A stretch of 63,645 bases of DNA, counting the filler. It is 4 parts of 4 records of this genome, joined end to end, with 100 filler letters (N's around TTAATTAATTAA, not from the genome) between each part and the next. Parts side by side here need not be neighbours in the genome. Positions count along the whole stretch, not along the records: positions 1 to 17,851 come from DRR723986_9528; positions 17,952 to 29,078 come from DRR723986_9565; 2 more parts are not named here. One strand, given 5' to 3'. Numbering within the stretch: position 1 is the stretch's first letter; each line of letters starts with the position of its first letter. Below, in pieces: positions 10,833-20,129 of this stretch. A model generated the notes under the pieces. It had not been told where the DNA came from. It saw only the letters and a list, made by a program, of their open reading frames with translations, and did no database searches. Position numbers and translations under genes: made by a program.

Positions 10833-12152
10833 TTGCGAACAGTTCAATCCAGCTTTTCTTCCGGCAGCGCACTCTGTGCACTCTTGTTTGCTCTCTGCGT
10901 GAGTCCGCTACTTGCGCAGCAGCCGCGTGAAGGTGAGCCGCTTGATCGTACCGTTGCACAGGTGGCCGACGACGTCGTGCTGCACTCCGATGTGATGGCG
11001 CGCCTGGCCTACAATCGCCAGATAAATCCTGAACTGGACATCAACAGTCCGGACGTCTATTCCGACGTGCTGGAAGACCTGATCAATGAAAAACTCGTGG
11101 TGGCCAAAGCCCTGCGTGACAGTATCGAAGTCTCCGATGATGAGCTCGACCGCGCTATCGAATTCCAGATAGACCAGATTCGCCGTCAATACGGCTCACT
11201 GGCGCGCGTAGAGCAAGTGTATCAGATGACAATCACGCAGATCAAGGCGCGCTTCCGCGAAACGATGCGCAAGTCGCTGCTCGGCCAGAAAATGGCGCAG
11301 CAGCAGTTCTACGGCCTCAAAGTTTCACAACGCGAAGTCGAAGCGTTTTACGAGGAATATCGTGACTCGCTGCCGCTGGTGCCGCCATCGGTGGATCTCT
11401 ACCATCTGGTCAAGTACGTTGAATCCGAAAGTGAACTGGAAAACTCAGTTAAAGCCCAGGCCCAAAAAGTGCGCGACTCCGTCGCCTCTGGTGGGGACTT
11501 CGCCGACTTTGCTGCACGCTACTCAAGTGATGCCGGCTCAGCCCAAAAAGGCGGTGACCTCGGGACCGTAAACCGCGAGACATTCATTCCCGAATTCGAA
11601 AAGGCTGCATTTGATCTGGCCATCGGTGAAATCTCGCAGCCGGTCAAAACGCCCTTCGGATATCACATCATTGAACTGATCGACAAGTCGGAGAATGCGG
11701 TGCATGCGCGTCACATTCTTTTTGACCTCAGTCAGTCCGACAAAGATGTTGAGAAGACCAAACGTTACCTGGATTCGCTGGGAACACTCGTGCGCGGTGG
11801 CGCCTCCTTTGAGAAGCTGGCGCGCCAGCATTCAGAAGAAGAAGAGACCCAGGCCTTTGACGGATACATGGAGCGCCGCTGGCCGATTCAGCAGCTCTCT
11901 CCCGACCTGCAGAGCCTGGTGCTCGAAATGGAGGAAGGTGAAGTCACTGAGTCTTTAACCTATCCCAAAAACCCGGCGCGTCCGGCCTTCCACATCGTCT
12001 ACCTCAAGAAGTTTCTGCCGGAACATCCCATGAACCTCGAAGAGGATTATTCGCTGATCGAAGAGCTGGCGCTACGCCAGAAACGCGCGAATGAGATGCA
12101 GGAGTGGTTTGTGGACCTGCGCAAAGAAATCTTCTGGAAAATCACGATGTAA
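10833..12152 (+). CDS. surA: SurA-like periplasmic chaperone / PPIase
   Basis: Signal peptide, LDRTVAQVADDVVLHSD SurA N-domain, two parvulin domains (FAARYSSD..GGDLG..FGYHII; ARHILF); TTG start uncertain. Confidence 0.8.
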   Translation: MRTVQSSFSSGSALCALLFALCVSPLLAQQPREGEPLDRTVAQVADDVVLHSDVMARLAYNRQINPELDINSPDVYSDVLEDLINEKLVVAKALRDSIEVSDDELDRAIEFQIDQIRRQYGSLARVEQVYQMTITQIKARFRETMRKSLLGQKMAQQQFYGLKVSQREVEAFYEEYRDSLPLVPPSVDLYHLVKYVESESELENSVKAQAQKVRDSVASGGDFADFAARYSSDAGSAQKGGDLGTVNRETFIPEFEKAAFDLAIGEISQPVKTPFGYHIIELIDKSENAVHARHILFDLSQSDKDVEKTKRYLDSLGTLVRGGASFEKLARQHSEEEETQAFDGYMERRWPIQQLSPDLQSLVLEMEEGEVTESLTYPKNPARPAFHIVYLKKFLPEHPMNLEEDYSLIEELALRQKRANEMQEWFVDLRKEIFWKITM

Positions 12153-12156
12153 GCCG

Positions 12157-12244
12157 GCCTCAAATCCCGCTGATTTGAGGCTTGTTAAGTCATTGAATCT
12201 ACAAAGATTAACGGCGTCAGGATAACTCCCGGCGCCGTTTTTTT
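12157..12244 (+). terminator. Two hairpins after surA; the second is an intrinsic terminator
   Basis: GCCTCAAATC/GATTTGAGGC (12157-12181), then AACGGCGTC/GGCGCCGTT followed by a T-run (12210-12244). Confidence 0.7.
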
Positions 12245-12615
12245 GTGCCCAAAATTGCATTCCGATTAGTGCTGTTGCCCGTTGAATTGTACCTCCGCGG
12301 CCATCGGCTGCCCGAATCGCTGAATTCTGGTTAAGACTCCCTGCTCTAAGTCATTGAAAATAAAAGACTTGTGGTTGGGTGGCTCGCGCAGTTTTTGCAG
12401 GCGAATCTGGGCCTGTTGTAGACTCAAATAATGCCGACAGCGCAGCCGGAATACAGGGCTGAATTCACGCAACTGGGCAGATTTTCAAACCGCCTTGCAG
12501 CTAGTGTTTCGGGCAGTGCTTCTGGCAGTTTTTCAGTCTGGGCTTCAGTCCGTGTAGCGGGCAATGTTCCAGGCTGTGACGTGCTGATTCCACAGCCCTG
12601 CATCCAGGCGAAATT

Positions 12616-14271
12616 CTAGTCTTGTTTTAGCGCGCCGGTGGCATCAACTTTTTCATCACCCTGTATTTGGTAGTCCGGTCCTTCTGTGGCATTGGCTGCC
12701 TGCCAGGCCGTGCGCGTGCACAGCTCTGCCGCGCGCGACAGTTTGTCAAAGTCCAGCTTGTCAACTTCGTCGCTGGGCATGTGGTAGTCATCGTGAACAC
12801 CGGAGAAGAAAAACAGTGAGGGGATTGCGTACTTGGCAAAGTTCCACTGGTCGCTACGCCTGTAATACGCTTCAATATCTTCAGTTAGCGTGAATCCATT
12901 GAGCATGGCGTCATTGGCATCCATGCACCAGGTGCGCATCGCTTTTGAGCGGCCGCCACCGCCCAGGTGCAAACTGTCGTTTGCATTGCGCGAAATCATA
13001 TCCATGTTGAACATGGCTTTGCAGGTCCGGCGGTCAAACATGGAGTCGGCCTCCACAAAAGCCTGCGAGCCATACAGTCCGCGTTCTTCGCCGCTGAAGG
13101 CCACAAAAATTACATCGCGCTGCAACTGTTCTCCGGAGGCCGCCATGCTGCGCGCCGCCATAATCAGCGCGGCGGTGCCGGAGGCATTGTCGTCGGCGCC
13201 ATTGCAGATTGAATCGATCTCCGCGCGCAGCTCCGCATCTTCGTCTTCAGCATCGTCCGTAAAATTTCCCAGGTAAAACACACCAACGTGGTCGTAGTGC
13301 GCACCAATCACGATATTTTCAGCCGGGTTGCGCCCGGGAAGCACACCAACTACATTGTTGACAACTGCGGTTTCCGCATTGAGGCGCACGTCCAGCGAAA
13401 CAGTGGCGGCGGCCAATTCACGCGAGCGCGGCGCGTTCTGAGAATCAATTTCGGTTTGCAGGTCGGTCAAATTTTCCACACTGCCCATGAGATTCGCAAC
13501 TACGCGCTCGCCAACATGCACAACTGGAATTGAGCGCTTTGAGCGGAATTGCGGCCGGTAGGGCAGGCGGCTCAGGCCCGCATCCGGATACAAGACCGGC
13601 CAGTCGTAGCCGCGTGGCGTCAATGAACGCGACTGCCGCGGCGCATTCACGAGCATCACCGCCGCCGCGCCCAGGTCTACAGCCGTTTTGACTTTGGAGC
13701 GCAGCTGCGCGCGTTTGGTCAGGCGCAGGCCGTCAAAACTCGAAGCCGAATCGTCCATGCTAGGCTCGCCGCGCATGATCAGCACAACTGCGCCGCGTAC
13801 ATCCAGACCGGCATAGTCATTATATTCGCGTTCCTCGTCGCGAATGCCATATCCGGCAAACACAACGCGCGCGTCTTCCAGTTTGGCTTCAGCACTGAAG
13901 CCGTAAGGCACAAAGTCGTCCTTCAGCCGCAAGTCTATCAGTCTTCCGCCGGCGCGCAGCGCCAGGCTCGTTGTCGTGTCCAGCCGCAGGCGCTCCAGGA
14001 TATAGGGATGCAAGTAATTCTCGCGCATGGCCGTCAGCCCCGCCGCCTTAAATTCGCGGGCTATCATGCGCGCCGCGGCATCCAGCCCGCGGCTGGGAGT
14101 ATTGCGTCCCTCCAGGCTGTCATGCGCCAGCGCCTCTACCAGCGCGCGCGCCTGTGCCGGACTGAAATCCTGTGAGAACTCCGGGCGCGTAATGCTGCCG
14201 CAGCTCTGTGGCAATAGGAGGCTGCAGGCAAATAAAACCACGGCGCTGGTAATGTATCGGGATCGAATCAT
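12616..14271 (-). CDS. M28-family metallopeptidase with PA domain (probably exported or a lipoprotein)
   Basis: GAHYDH, GADDNASG, SGEERGLYGS, NMDMI, RSDQWNF and YHMPSD zinc-ligand motifs; VFAGYG PA insert; start taken at MIRSRY. Confidence 0.9.
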   Translation of the reverse strand: MIRSRYITSAVVLFACSLLLPQSCGSITRPEFSQDFSPAQARALVEALAHDSLEGRNTPSRGLDAAARMIAREFKAAGLTAMRENYLHPYILERLRLDTTTSLALRAGGRLIDLRLKDDFVPYGFSAEAKLEDARVVFAGYGIRDEEREYNDYAGLDVRGAVVLIMRGEPSMDDSASSFDGLRLTKRAQLRSKVKTAVDLGAAAVMLVNAPRQSRSLTPRGYDWPVLYPDAGLSRLPYRPQFRSKRSIPVVHVGERVVANLMGSVENLTDLQTEIDSQNAPRSRELAAATVSLDVRLNAETAVVNNVVGVLPGRNPAENIVIGAHYDHVGVFYLGNFTDDAEDEDAELRAEIDSICNGADDNASGTAALIMAARSMAASGEQLQRDVIFVAFSGEERGLYGSQAFVEADSMFDRRTCKAMFNMDMISRNANDSLHLGGGGRSKAMRTWCMDANDAMLNGFTLTEDIEAYYRRSDQWNFAKYAIPSLFFFSGVHDDYHMPSDEVDKLDFDKLSRAAELCTRTAWQAANATEGPDYQIQGDEKVDATGALKQD

Positions 14272-14616
14272 GCGGGACTCATGCTCAACAATTGGGCTAC
14301 GGCGTTTAGGCACATGTATCACAACGTGAAATCTACGTAATCAAGAAACTGACGCCGGCGTTCAGCAATTGTTGCAGGTGAGCATCAGGGCTGTGGCAGC
14401 TGAACAGTTTTACTCGCTTTCCAAAAAAATCTTCAGGGCATGGTGATACCCTAGTTTCATTCAGCTGGTCCACCTGGTGTTTACATATGAATTTGTTGCG
14501 TTGCGTCCCAGAGAAGTCAAAGCTAGGTAAGCTACAATTGTAGTGGTCTTGGGACCAGGGTAAGTCCGGCGAGCACTGCACTGCACGGCTATGTCCGCTA
14601 AGGCAATTTGATTGTC

Positions 14617-15021
14617 TCAGGTCTGTATGTTTTGTGCAGTCCTGATCTGATAGAGTGCGAGCGCAACTATGATCCCAATTTCACCAATGATATATAACCA
14701 GCCAAATAGGGTTAAGTCATCGGTATGCAAAAAGCCCATGCCGATTGAGAGGCAACAATACAAGAGATTCAGAACGGCAATTCTTTTCAGAAATATTGTC
14801 GTTGTACTGGTGTCCTGGCGCATAGCAAAAAAATCAAACAATGCGAACACAAGTGGAAAGGAAGCAAGCAGGTACAAAACAGACGGAGGTATACCAAAAA
14901 TACCTTCAAAGCGGACGAGAACCACTCCAAGAAGAAATGCTGACAAGATCGCGCCGACTGCGTCTACTAGAAACAAGCTCTTGGGATGTTTGGCGATTTT
15001 TTGCCGTATTGGGTTCAGCAT
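14617..15021 (-). CDS. Hypothetical 4-TM membrane protein, AT-rich
   Basis: 134-aa ORF with four hydrophobic segments; visibly more AT-rich than its neighbours. Confidence 0.75.
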   Translation of the reverse strand: MLNPIRQKIAKHPKSLFLVDAVGAILSAFLLGVVLVRFEGIFGIPPSVLYLLASFPLVFALFDFFAMRQDTSTTTIFLKRIAVLNLLYCCLSIGMGFLHTDDLTLFGWLYIIGEIGIIVALALYQIRTAQNIQT

Positions 15022-15394
15022 CGTTCAATCCTTCACATCTCTGGACCGTGGGTAAAGTCCTGAAACTGCTTTACAAATTACTTAATCAGTTGTCTCGTGT
15101 CAAGAAAAATACTTATATAAGTTAATTATGCACTTGTGGCTGTAGTGGATTTTTGTGGATGTGATGCTCATTTTTGGCAAATCCCTCAAAAACAAGCCGC
15201 AGACAGATGAAGAGGCGCTGTAATCTTTTCAGTCAGAAAATGAATGGGGATGAACCGCCGACCAAAAACTCGCAGTGAATTTTAATGTAAAACTCGCCGC
15301 CGATCCCGGCCGCCAACCATAAAACCGCAACTTGCGCGTCATAGCCCCAAACATGTTCTCAATGCGAATAATATCATAGAAAGGGCGCAGACTT

Positions 15395-15832
15395 ATGTAC
15401 GATCCGATTTTGGTTCAACCGATGCGTGAGGAACTGACCAATTTGGGTGTAAAGGAACTGCGTACTGCGGCGGATGTCGATACGGCTATGGCACAGGAAG
15501 GCACTACTCTCGTGATTGTCAATTCCGTATGTGGTTGCGCCGCCGGCGCCTGCCGCCCAGGAATTGCGCTTTCACGTCGCCATCCCGTCCAGCCTGATCA
15601 AACCGTCACAGTTTTTGCGGGACAGGATAAAGAGGCCACGGAACAAGCCCGTACCTTCTTTACCAACCAACCGCCATCTTCGCCGGCTATCGGCCTGATG
15701 CGCAACGGTGAGCTTGTCCACTTTATCCCACGTCACTTCATTGAAGGGCGTAGCCCCGAAATGATCGCGCAGGCACTAGAATTTGCATTCGACGAATTCT
15801 GTGCCGATAAAGCTGCCAGCAGCGCCGAATAA
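15395..15832 (+). CDS. BrxA/BrxB (YphP/YqiW) family bacilliredoxin
   Basis: VNSVCGCAAG (CGC motif), TVFAGQD, PPSSP and IEGR family motifs. Confidence 0.92.
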   Translation: MYDPILVQPMREELTNLGVKELRTAADVDTAMAQEGTTLVIVNSVCGCAAGACRPGIALSRRHPVQPDQTVTVFAGQDKEATEQARTFFTNQPPSSPAIGLMRNGELVHFIPRHFIEGRSPEMIAQALEFAFDEFCADKAASSAE

Positions 15833-15908
15833 TCGGGCAGTTAAGCGGCATAATTGCTGCTCTTAAGCTGAGCAGAAAATGCCAAAAACTCGCGGAATTC
15901 AAAGATAC

Positions 15909-15952
15909 AAGCGGTGTACAACAGTGAGATTGTACGCCGCTTTTGTATTTTT
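15909..15952 (+). terminator. Intrinsic terminator after the bacilliredoxin gene
   Basis: 13-bp stem AAGCGGTGTACAA/TTGTACGCCGCTT (one G-U pair) followed by a T-rich tract. Confidence 0.7.
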
Positions 15953-16009
15953 GCCACCAGCGGAATGCCATAGGGCCCGTATACCGGAGAATCTTGGAGT
16001 TATGCGGGA

Positions 16010-17269
16010 ATGAAAAATTGGAATATGCGTGAAGCCGTCACCATCGTGACCGTCGCCGCAGCACTCGTTTTATACTGCTTTTTCCTCTATTTCAGCGGCA
16101 TCGGCCTCAATTCCTTTGTGCTCTTTGGCGCCATTATTTTTATTCTGCTGCCCTTCCGCGGCCAGTCCTACCTGGTGCGCCGGCTGATCACGCTCACGGT
16201 TCTGACCTTCGCAATCTGGATCTTTAATGAAGTCATCGCCATCCTGGCGCCTTTCTTCATCGCCTTTGTGCTGGCTTACGTTCTGGACCCCTTTGTTACT
16301 ACTCTTAAGCAACGCTACCGTGTGCCGCGTGTGCTGCTTTCAGGTTTGATTGTAGTCACTGTTGTAGGCAGCATTGCTGCACTCTCGATTGTTGTATTTC
16401 CGGATTTGTACCGCCAGCTAAATACGATCCAGACCGAAGTTGGTGAAGTCGTAGACAACGTCAACAAGTTCCTCGACGTCAATCAGCTGTATGGCTGGGT
16501 AGCTCCCTTTGGTGTTGAAAAGGAGATGCTGCGCCAGATAATCGAAACTGAAGTTAGCCCGGCAATTCGCGATACAACCCAAACCGTCATCAGCGCCCTG
16601 ATTGCATTTTTTACAAGCCTCTCCGGCCTGGTAAACCAGATCATCAATATTATTCTGGTGCCGATCCTCTTTTTCTATGCCCTGCGCGATTTCGATAAAG
16701 TTAAAAAGCTGATTCGCGAAGTCCTGCAAACTAAAAACGAGCGTTTACTCAGCGACCTCAAACGCATCAACAAACTGCTCAAGGCTTACGTAAGCGGTCA
16801 ATTACTTGCAGCTCTGTTGGTCGGAACCGTCGCTTCTGTCATTTTTGAAATTTTGGATATGCCCTACGGCATCGTACTGGGAATTGTCGCGGGGCTGCTC
16901 AATCCGGTTCCATACATCGGAATTTTCTCAAGCATTTTGGTTGGTGGCCTGGCACTTCTGCTGACGGGCGACGATCAATTTTTCCTGAATATCAGCCTGA
17001 TCAGCATCACAATCGTGGGGCTCCACTTTGTGGACAACTACTTCCTGCAGCCACGGGTTGTGGGCAAGCGCGTTGGATTGCACCCCTTGTTATTGATTGG
17101 CTCACTCTTCGTTTTTGGCTTTTTCTTTGGCATCATTGGCCTGTTGATTGCCGTACCGACAACTGCCGTTCTGGTCATGTTTTTTAATGATTGGTTGGCG
17201 CAACGTTCCGAGTTCAATGGCGAGCTGGAAGCTGTTGACGTCGCTCCGGGTGAGATAGTTCGCAAGTAG
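16010..17269 (+). CDS. AI-2E family (PerM/UPF0118) transporter
   Basis: PFFIAFVLAYVLDP, NPVPYIG, LQPRVVG..GLHP and GIIGLLIAVP motifs. Confidence 0.9.
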   Translation: MKNWNMREAVTIVTVAAALVLYCFFLYFSGIGLNSFVLFGAIIFILLPFRGQSYLVRRLITLTVLTFAIWIFNEVIAILAPFFIAFVLAYVLDPFVTTLKQRYRVPRVLLSGLIVVTVVGSIAALSIVVFPDLYRQLNTIQTEVGEVVDNVNKFLDVNQLYGWVAPFGVEKEMLRQIIETEVSPAIRDTTQTVISALIAFFTSLSGLVNQIINIILVPILFFYALRDFDKVKKLIREVLQTKNERLLSDLKRINKLLKAYVSGQLLAALLVGTVASVIFEILDMPYGIVLGIVAGLLNPVPYIGIFSSILVGGLALLLTGDDQFFLNISLISITIVGLHFVDNYFLQPRVVGKRVGLHPLLLIGSLFVFGFFFGIIGLLIAVPTTAVLVMFFNDWLAQRSEFNGELEAVDVAPGEIVRK

Positions 17270-17548
17270 TGTTCAGCCACGTCTTAGGTAATATTGGATG
17301 GCGGGATTCGCAGGTGCATGATCGCTGTATGTCCGCCCCAGGCTGCGTCCATGGGCTCTATGATCTTCTTGTTAGTCACCGATTCCGCAGCCTGATTCCA
17401 TAGAGTCCGGCGTCAGTGGCCAGTTTCAGACGCACGGCCAAAAAGCACAAATGCTGCAGCCTCGAGTATGTGATCCAGACTCGGTGAATCAGTGAGTGGT
17501 TATTCTGGTGTACATGCCATCTTTTACTGCTCGACGTGCTGATTGGCG

Positions 17549-17629
17549 GGGCCACTAGTCTGGGCCTGCAAGTTTGGACCACTAGTCTGGGCCCGCAAGT
17601 TTGGGCCACTAGTCTGGACCTGCAAGTTT
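17549..17629. repeat. 27-bp tandem repeat, 3 copies (GGRCCACTAGTCTGGRCCYGCAAGTTT)
   Basis: ACTAGT at 17554, 17581 and 17608; units differ from the first by 1-2 nt. Confidence 0.9.
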
Positions 17630-17851
17630 GAGTGTTTTTGGAGTGCATGATTGCCTCGTAGATTAAAATCTTGACCGTTCGCGGCGGCATAGTGACCGTT
17701 GAGACTTTGGGGCTTGCAAGTCATTCAAGGAATAAACAGATTGTCGGATTACTGGCCTGCGTTGCGGGCCGGGCAGGTTGTGGATTTGAGAGCTTCGAAA
17801 AAAACTGTCAGCTAAAAGAGAACTTGTCCTACACGCTGTTAGCCCTTAGGG

Positions 17852-17951
17852 NNNNNNNNNNNNNNNNNNNNNNNNNNNNNNNNNNNNNNNNNNNNTTAAT
17901 TAATTAANNNNNNNNNNNNNNNNNNNNNNNNNNNNNNNNNNNNNNNNNNNN
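17852..17951. other. Artificial contig linker
   Basis: N44-TTAATTAATTAA-N44, stops in all six frames. Confidence 0.99.
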
Positions 17952-18768
17952 CGTCCAGGAACAGCGTGCCGCCATCGGCCTGTTCGGCCGCGCCCGCACG
18001 GTTGTCTGCAGCTCCGGTAAAGGCGCCGCGCACATATCCGAAGATCTCGCTTTCAATGAGGTCTCGCGGAATGGCAGCGCAGTTCAAGGTGACGAAACGG
18101 TTGGACCGGCGCTCTGATAATTCGTGAACCGCAGCGGCGCACAGTTCCTTGCCCGTTCCGGACTCTCCGGTAATGAAGACCGGAGCCTGCGACGGCGCCA
18201 TGCGACCGATCTGGTCGTGGATGTCGCGCATCTGAGTGGAGGTGCCCACCAGGCGGTTCGTTCCGGAGCTTTCGGTCCTGATGTGTGCGGCGCGAAGCGG
18301 AGGTGCGGATAGCTCCGGCATTGAAACGACAGGCTGGACATTCTGTGGTGCTGCGGGAGCAGCCGGTTGAACGGGCCTTCTTTGTTTCAGCTGGAAGGAA
18401 ATCTTGGACGCAAGCGCATCGAGCGAGAAGGGCTTGGTCAGGAAATCATGGGCTCCGGCGCGCATCGCGCTGACAGCCCGCGAGACAGACCCCTTGGCCG
18501 AAACCGCGATGATGACTGCCTTGGGACAGCGGACCGCATAGGCTTCCAGGGCTTCGTCGCCACCAATGGTTTCCAGATCAATGATCAGAATGTCGGTGGT
18601 CTTGTCTGCAAGGTCCTGCAGGCAGGACGAGGATTCCGTGTACAGGATGGGGTCCGTACAGGCATGAGACAGCTTGGCGCAAACCGCGGACGTGCGGGCA
18701 GCCTCGGAGGCCGTTGCGTCAAGTACGCGTACTATAACAGGCAGCTCTTTGCCCTCATTACTCCCCAT
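17952..18768 (-). CDS. Sigma54-dependent response regulator (NtrC/LuxO-like), truncated by the contig edge
   Basis: Receiver (ILIIDL, FLTKPF), Walker A GESGTGKE, GAFTGA loop, GTLFLD running into the gap. Confidence 0.9.
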
Positions 18769-18982
18769 TGCTGGGTAACTCCCATCGCTGGATACGGGTC
18801 ATTCGAATATCGAAAGATTCGTCAATTTGATAATTCTCCGAACAGGGTAAACAAAGCGTTGTCAGAAGACGCAAATTGCAGTCGATCTTCGCTTTCGGCA
18901 CAGAAAAGGGCCGAAGTGAGCAAAATATTCCAGCTCAGGCGGTGTGTCGTGGATATGCCGAAGGCCGGTCAAACCGGAGAAA

Positions 18983-19789
18983 TCAAAGGCCCGCCAACAG
19001 GTATCCTGCCAGGAAACTCGCAAGGCAGAGGGCGAACACCAGCCATAGGTCAACGGGATGTGCCAATGCGCGTTGCAGCTTTCGGAAGACTTCCGGAAGG
19101 CCGGTTTTACCCGGTGCGTTGGTTCCGGTGCGCAAGGTGCGTGCAGGCGGCCGGAAGGCATCATGCTCGTGCACGGTTCCCGACACCCCACCTGTTTCTA
19201 GGTGCGGATGAGCCATCGTTTCCGGCGCGAAGTGTCTACCGGCCAGGTCCCCGTCTGGCACATCTTTGGTGGCAAGGTCTGCTGCACAATCCGGCAACGA
19301 CCCGGCGTGTGCCGGTTGGAACTCCGGCGCATAGCTGCCTTTGGGAATGGTGATGCGCACCGGGTCGTTGGCACCGGACCCGGCATAGTATTTCTCTAGC
19401 CTGCGCCGCAGCCGGGCGGCCTCGACACGTACGATAGGGTCCGTCACCGGATTGAAGTCTTCCGGCCGCCCCAGCGCTTCGACCGCGATCGTATAACCTT
19501 TGATCTTTTCCTGTTGTCTGTTCAGCGTGGCATGCACGACAAACCCCAGGAAGGCGCGCAGTTGGGGCGCGGACTGGAATTCGGAGCTTTTCAGGGTGTT
19601 GATGAGCGCGGCCTTGATCTGCTCCTCGCAGGGAAGTTGTTCCTGCACAGTGTTCGGGGCCGCCGCTTCACCTGACTTGAGAGACGTTGAGGCCTCGGGT
19701 GCGGGGCGGTCCTTGGCAGGCTGGTCTATCTTCGCATCCGGCGCATTGTCGCGCGGTGCCCGATATGTCGTTTGTTCGGCTGCATGCAT
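18983..19789 (-). CDS. Hypothetical protein: N-terminal domain typical of rhizobial TolB-like/TPR (adenylate cyclase-like) proteins plus a C-terminal TM helix
   Basis: SSEFQSAPQLRAFLGFVV..YTIAVEALGR..DPIVRVEAARLRRRLEKYY..IPKGSYAP; hydrophobic C-terminus. Confidence 0.75.
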   Translation of the reverse strand: MHAAEQTTYRAPRDNAPDAKIDQPAKDRPAPEASTSLKSGEAAAPNTVQEQLPCEEQIKAALINTLKSSEFQSAPQLRAFLGFVVHATLNRQQEKIKGYTIAVEALGRPEDFNPVTDPIVRVEAARLRRRLEKYYAGSGANDPVRITIPKGSYAPEFQPAHAGSLPDCAADLATKDVPDGDLAGRHFAPETMAHPHLETGGVSGTVHEHDAFRPPARTLRTGTNAPGKTGLPEVFRKLQRALAHPVDLWLVFALCLASFLAGYLLAGL

Positions 19790-20076
19790 ATCAGCCCCCT
19801 GCTAGACCTGTTGACTGATCCGCCGTGAAGTAGCTTCCCTTACGTAAATTTAGACGAAGTACTACCGAATGCAACGGTCAAAAAGTCATGGGGACGTCAT
19901 TGCCCGGTGCGTCCAGCGGGTGAGTGGGAGACTTGTGGTTGTGAGCTGTTTGAGACACTGTGAACGCTGCGTGAGGAGCGAAAAACGCCGAAATACCGTG
20001 ACGCATCAACCATAGTCGGGGACAAGTCACGGATTCCATACCGCAAGGCGGTTGTAGATTCGGCCACGCATGGTTC

Positions 20077-20092
20077 TTAAGGCATGATTAAC
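20077..20092 (+). promoter_or_regulatory. CtrA binding box TTAA-N7-TTAAC
   Basis: TTAAGGCATGATTAAC, exact consensus, 38 nt upstream of the EAL gene ATG. Confidence 0.75.
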
Positions 20093-20129
20093 CAGTAACT
20101 TTTGATTCGCGTTGGAACTTTCGAATACC

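Noticed and set aside
12500..12571. Weak 12-nt periodicity after the M28 peptidase gene
   Set aside because: Too degenerate to distinguish from low-complexity intergenic sequence
17549..17629. Possible CRISPR array
   Set aside because: Units are contiguous with no unique spacers, and there are no cas genes
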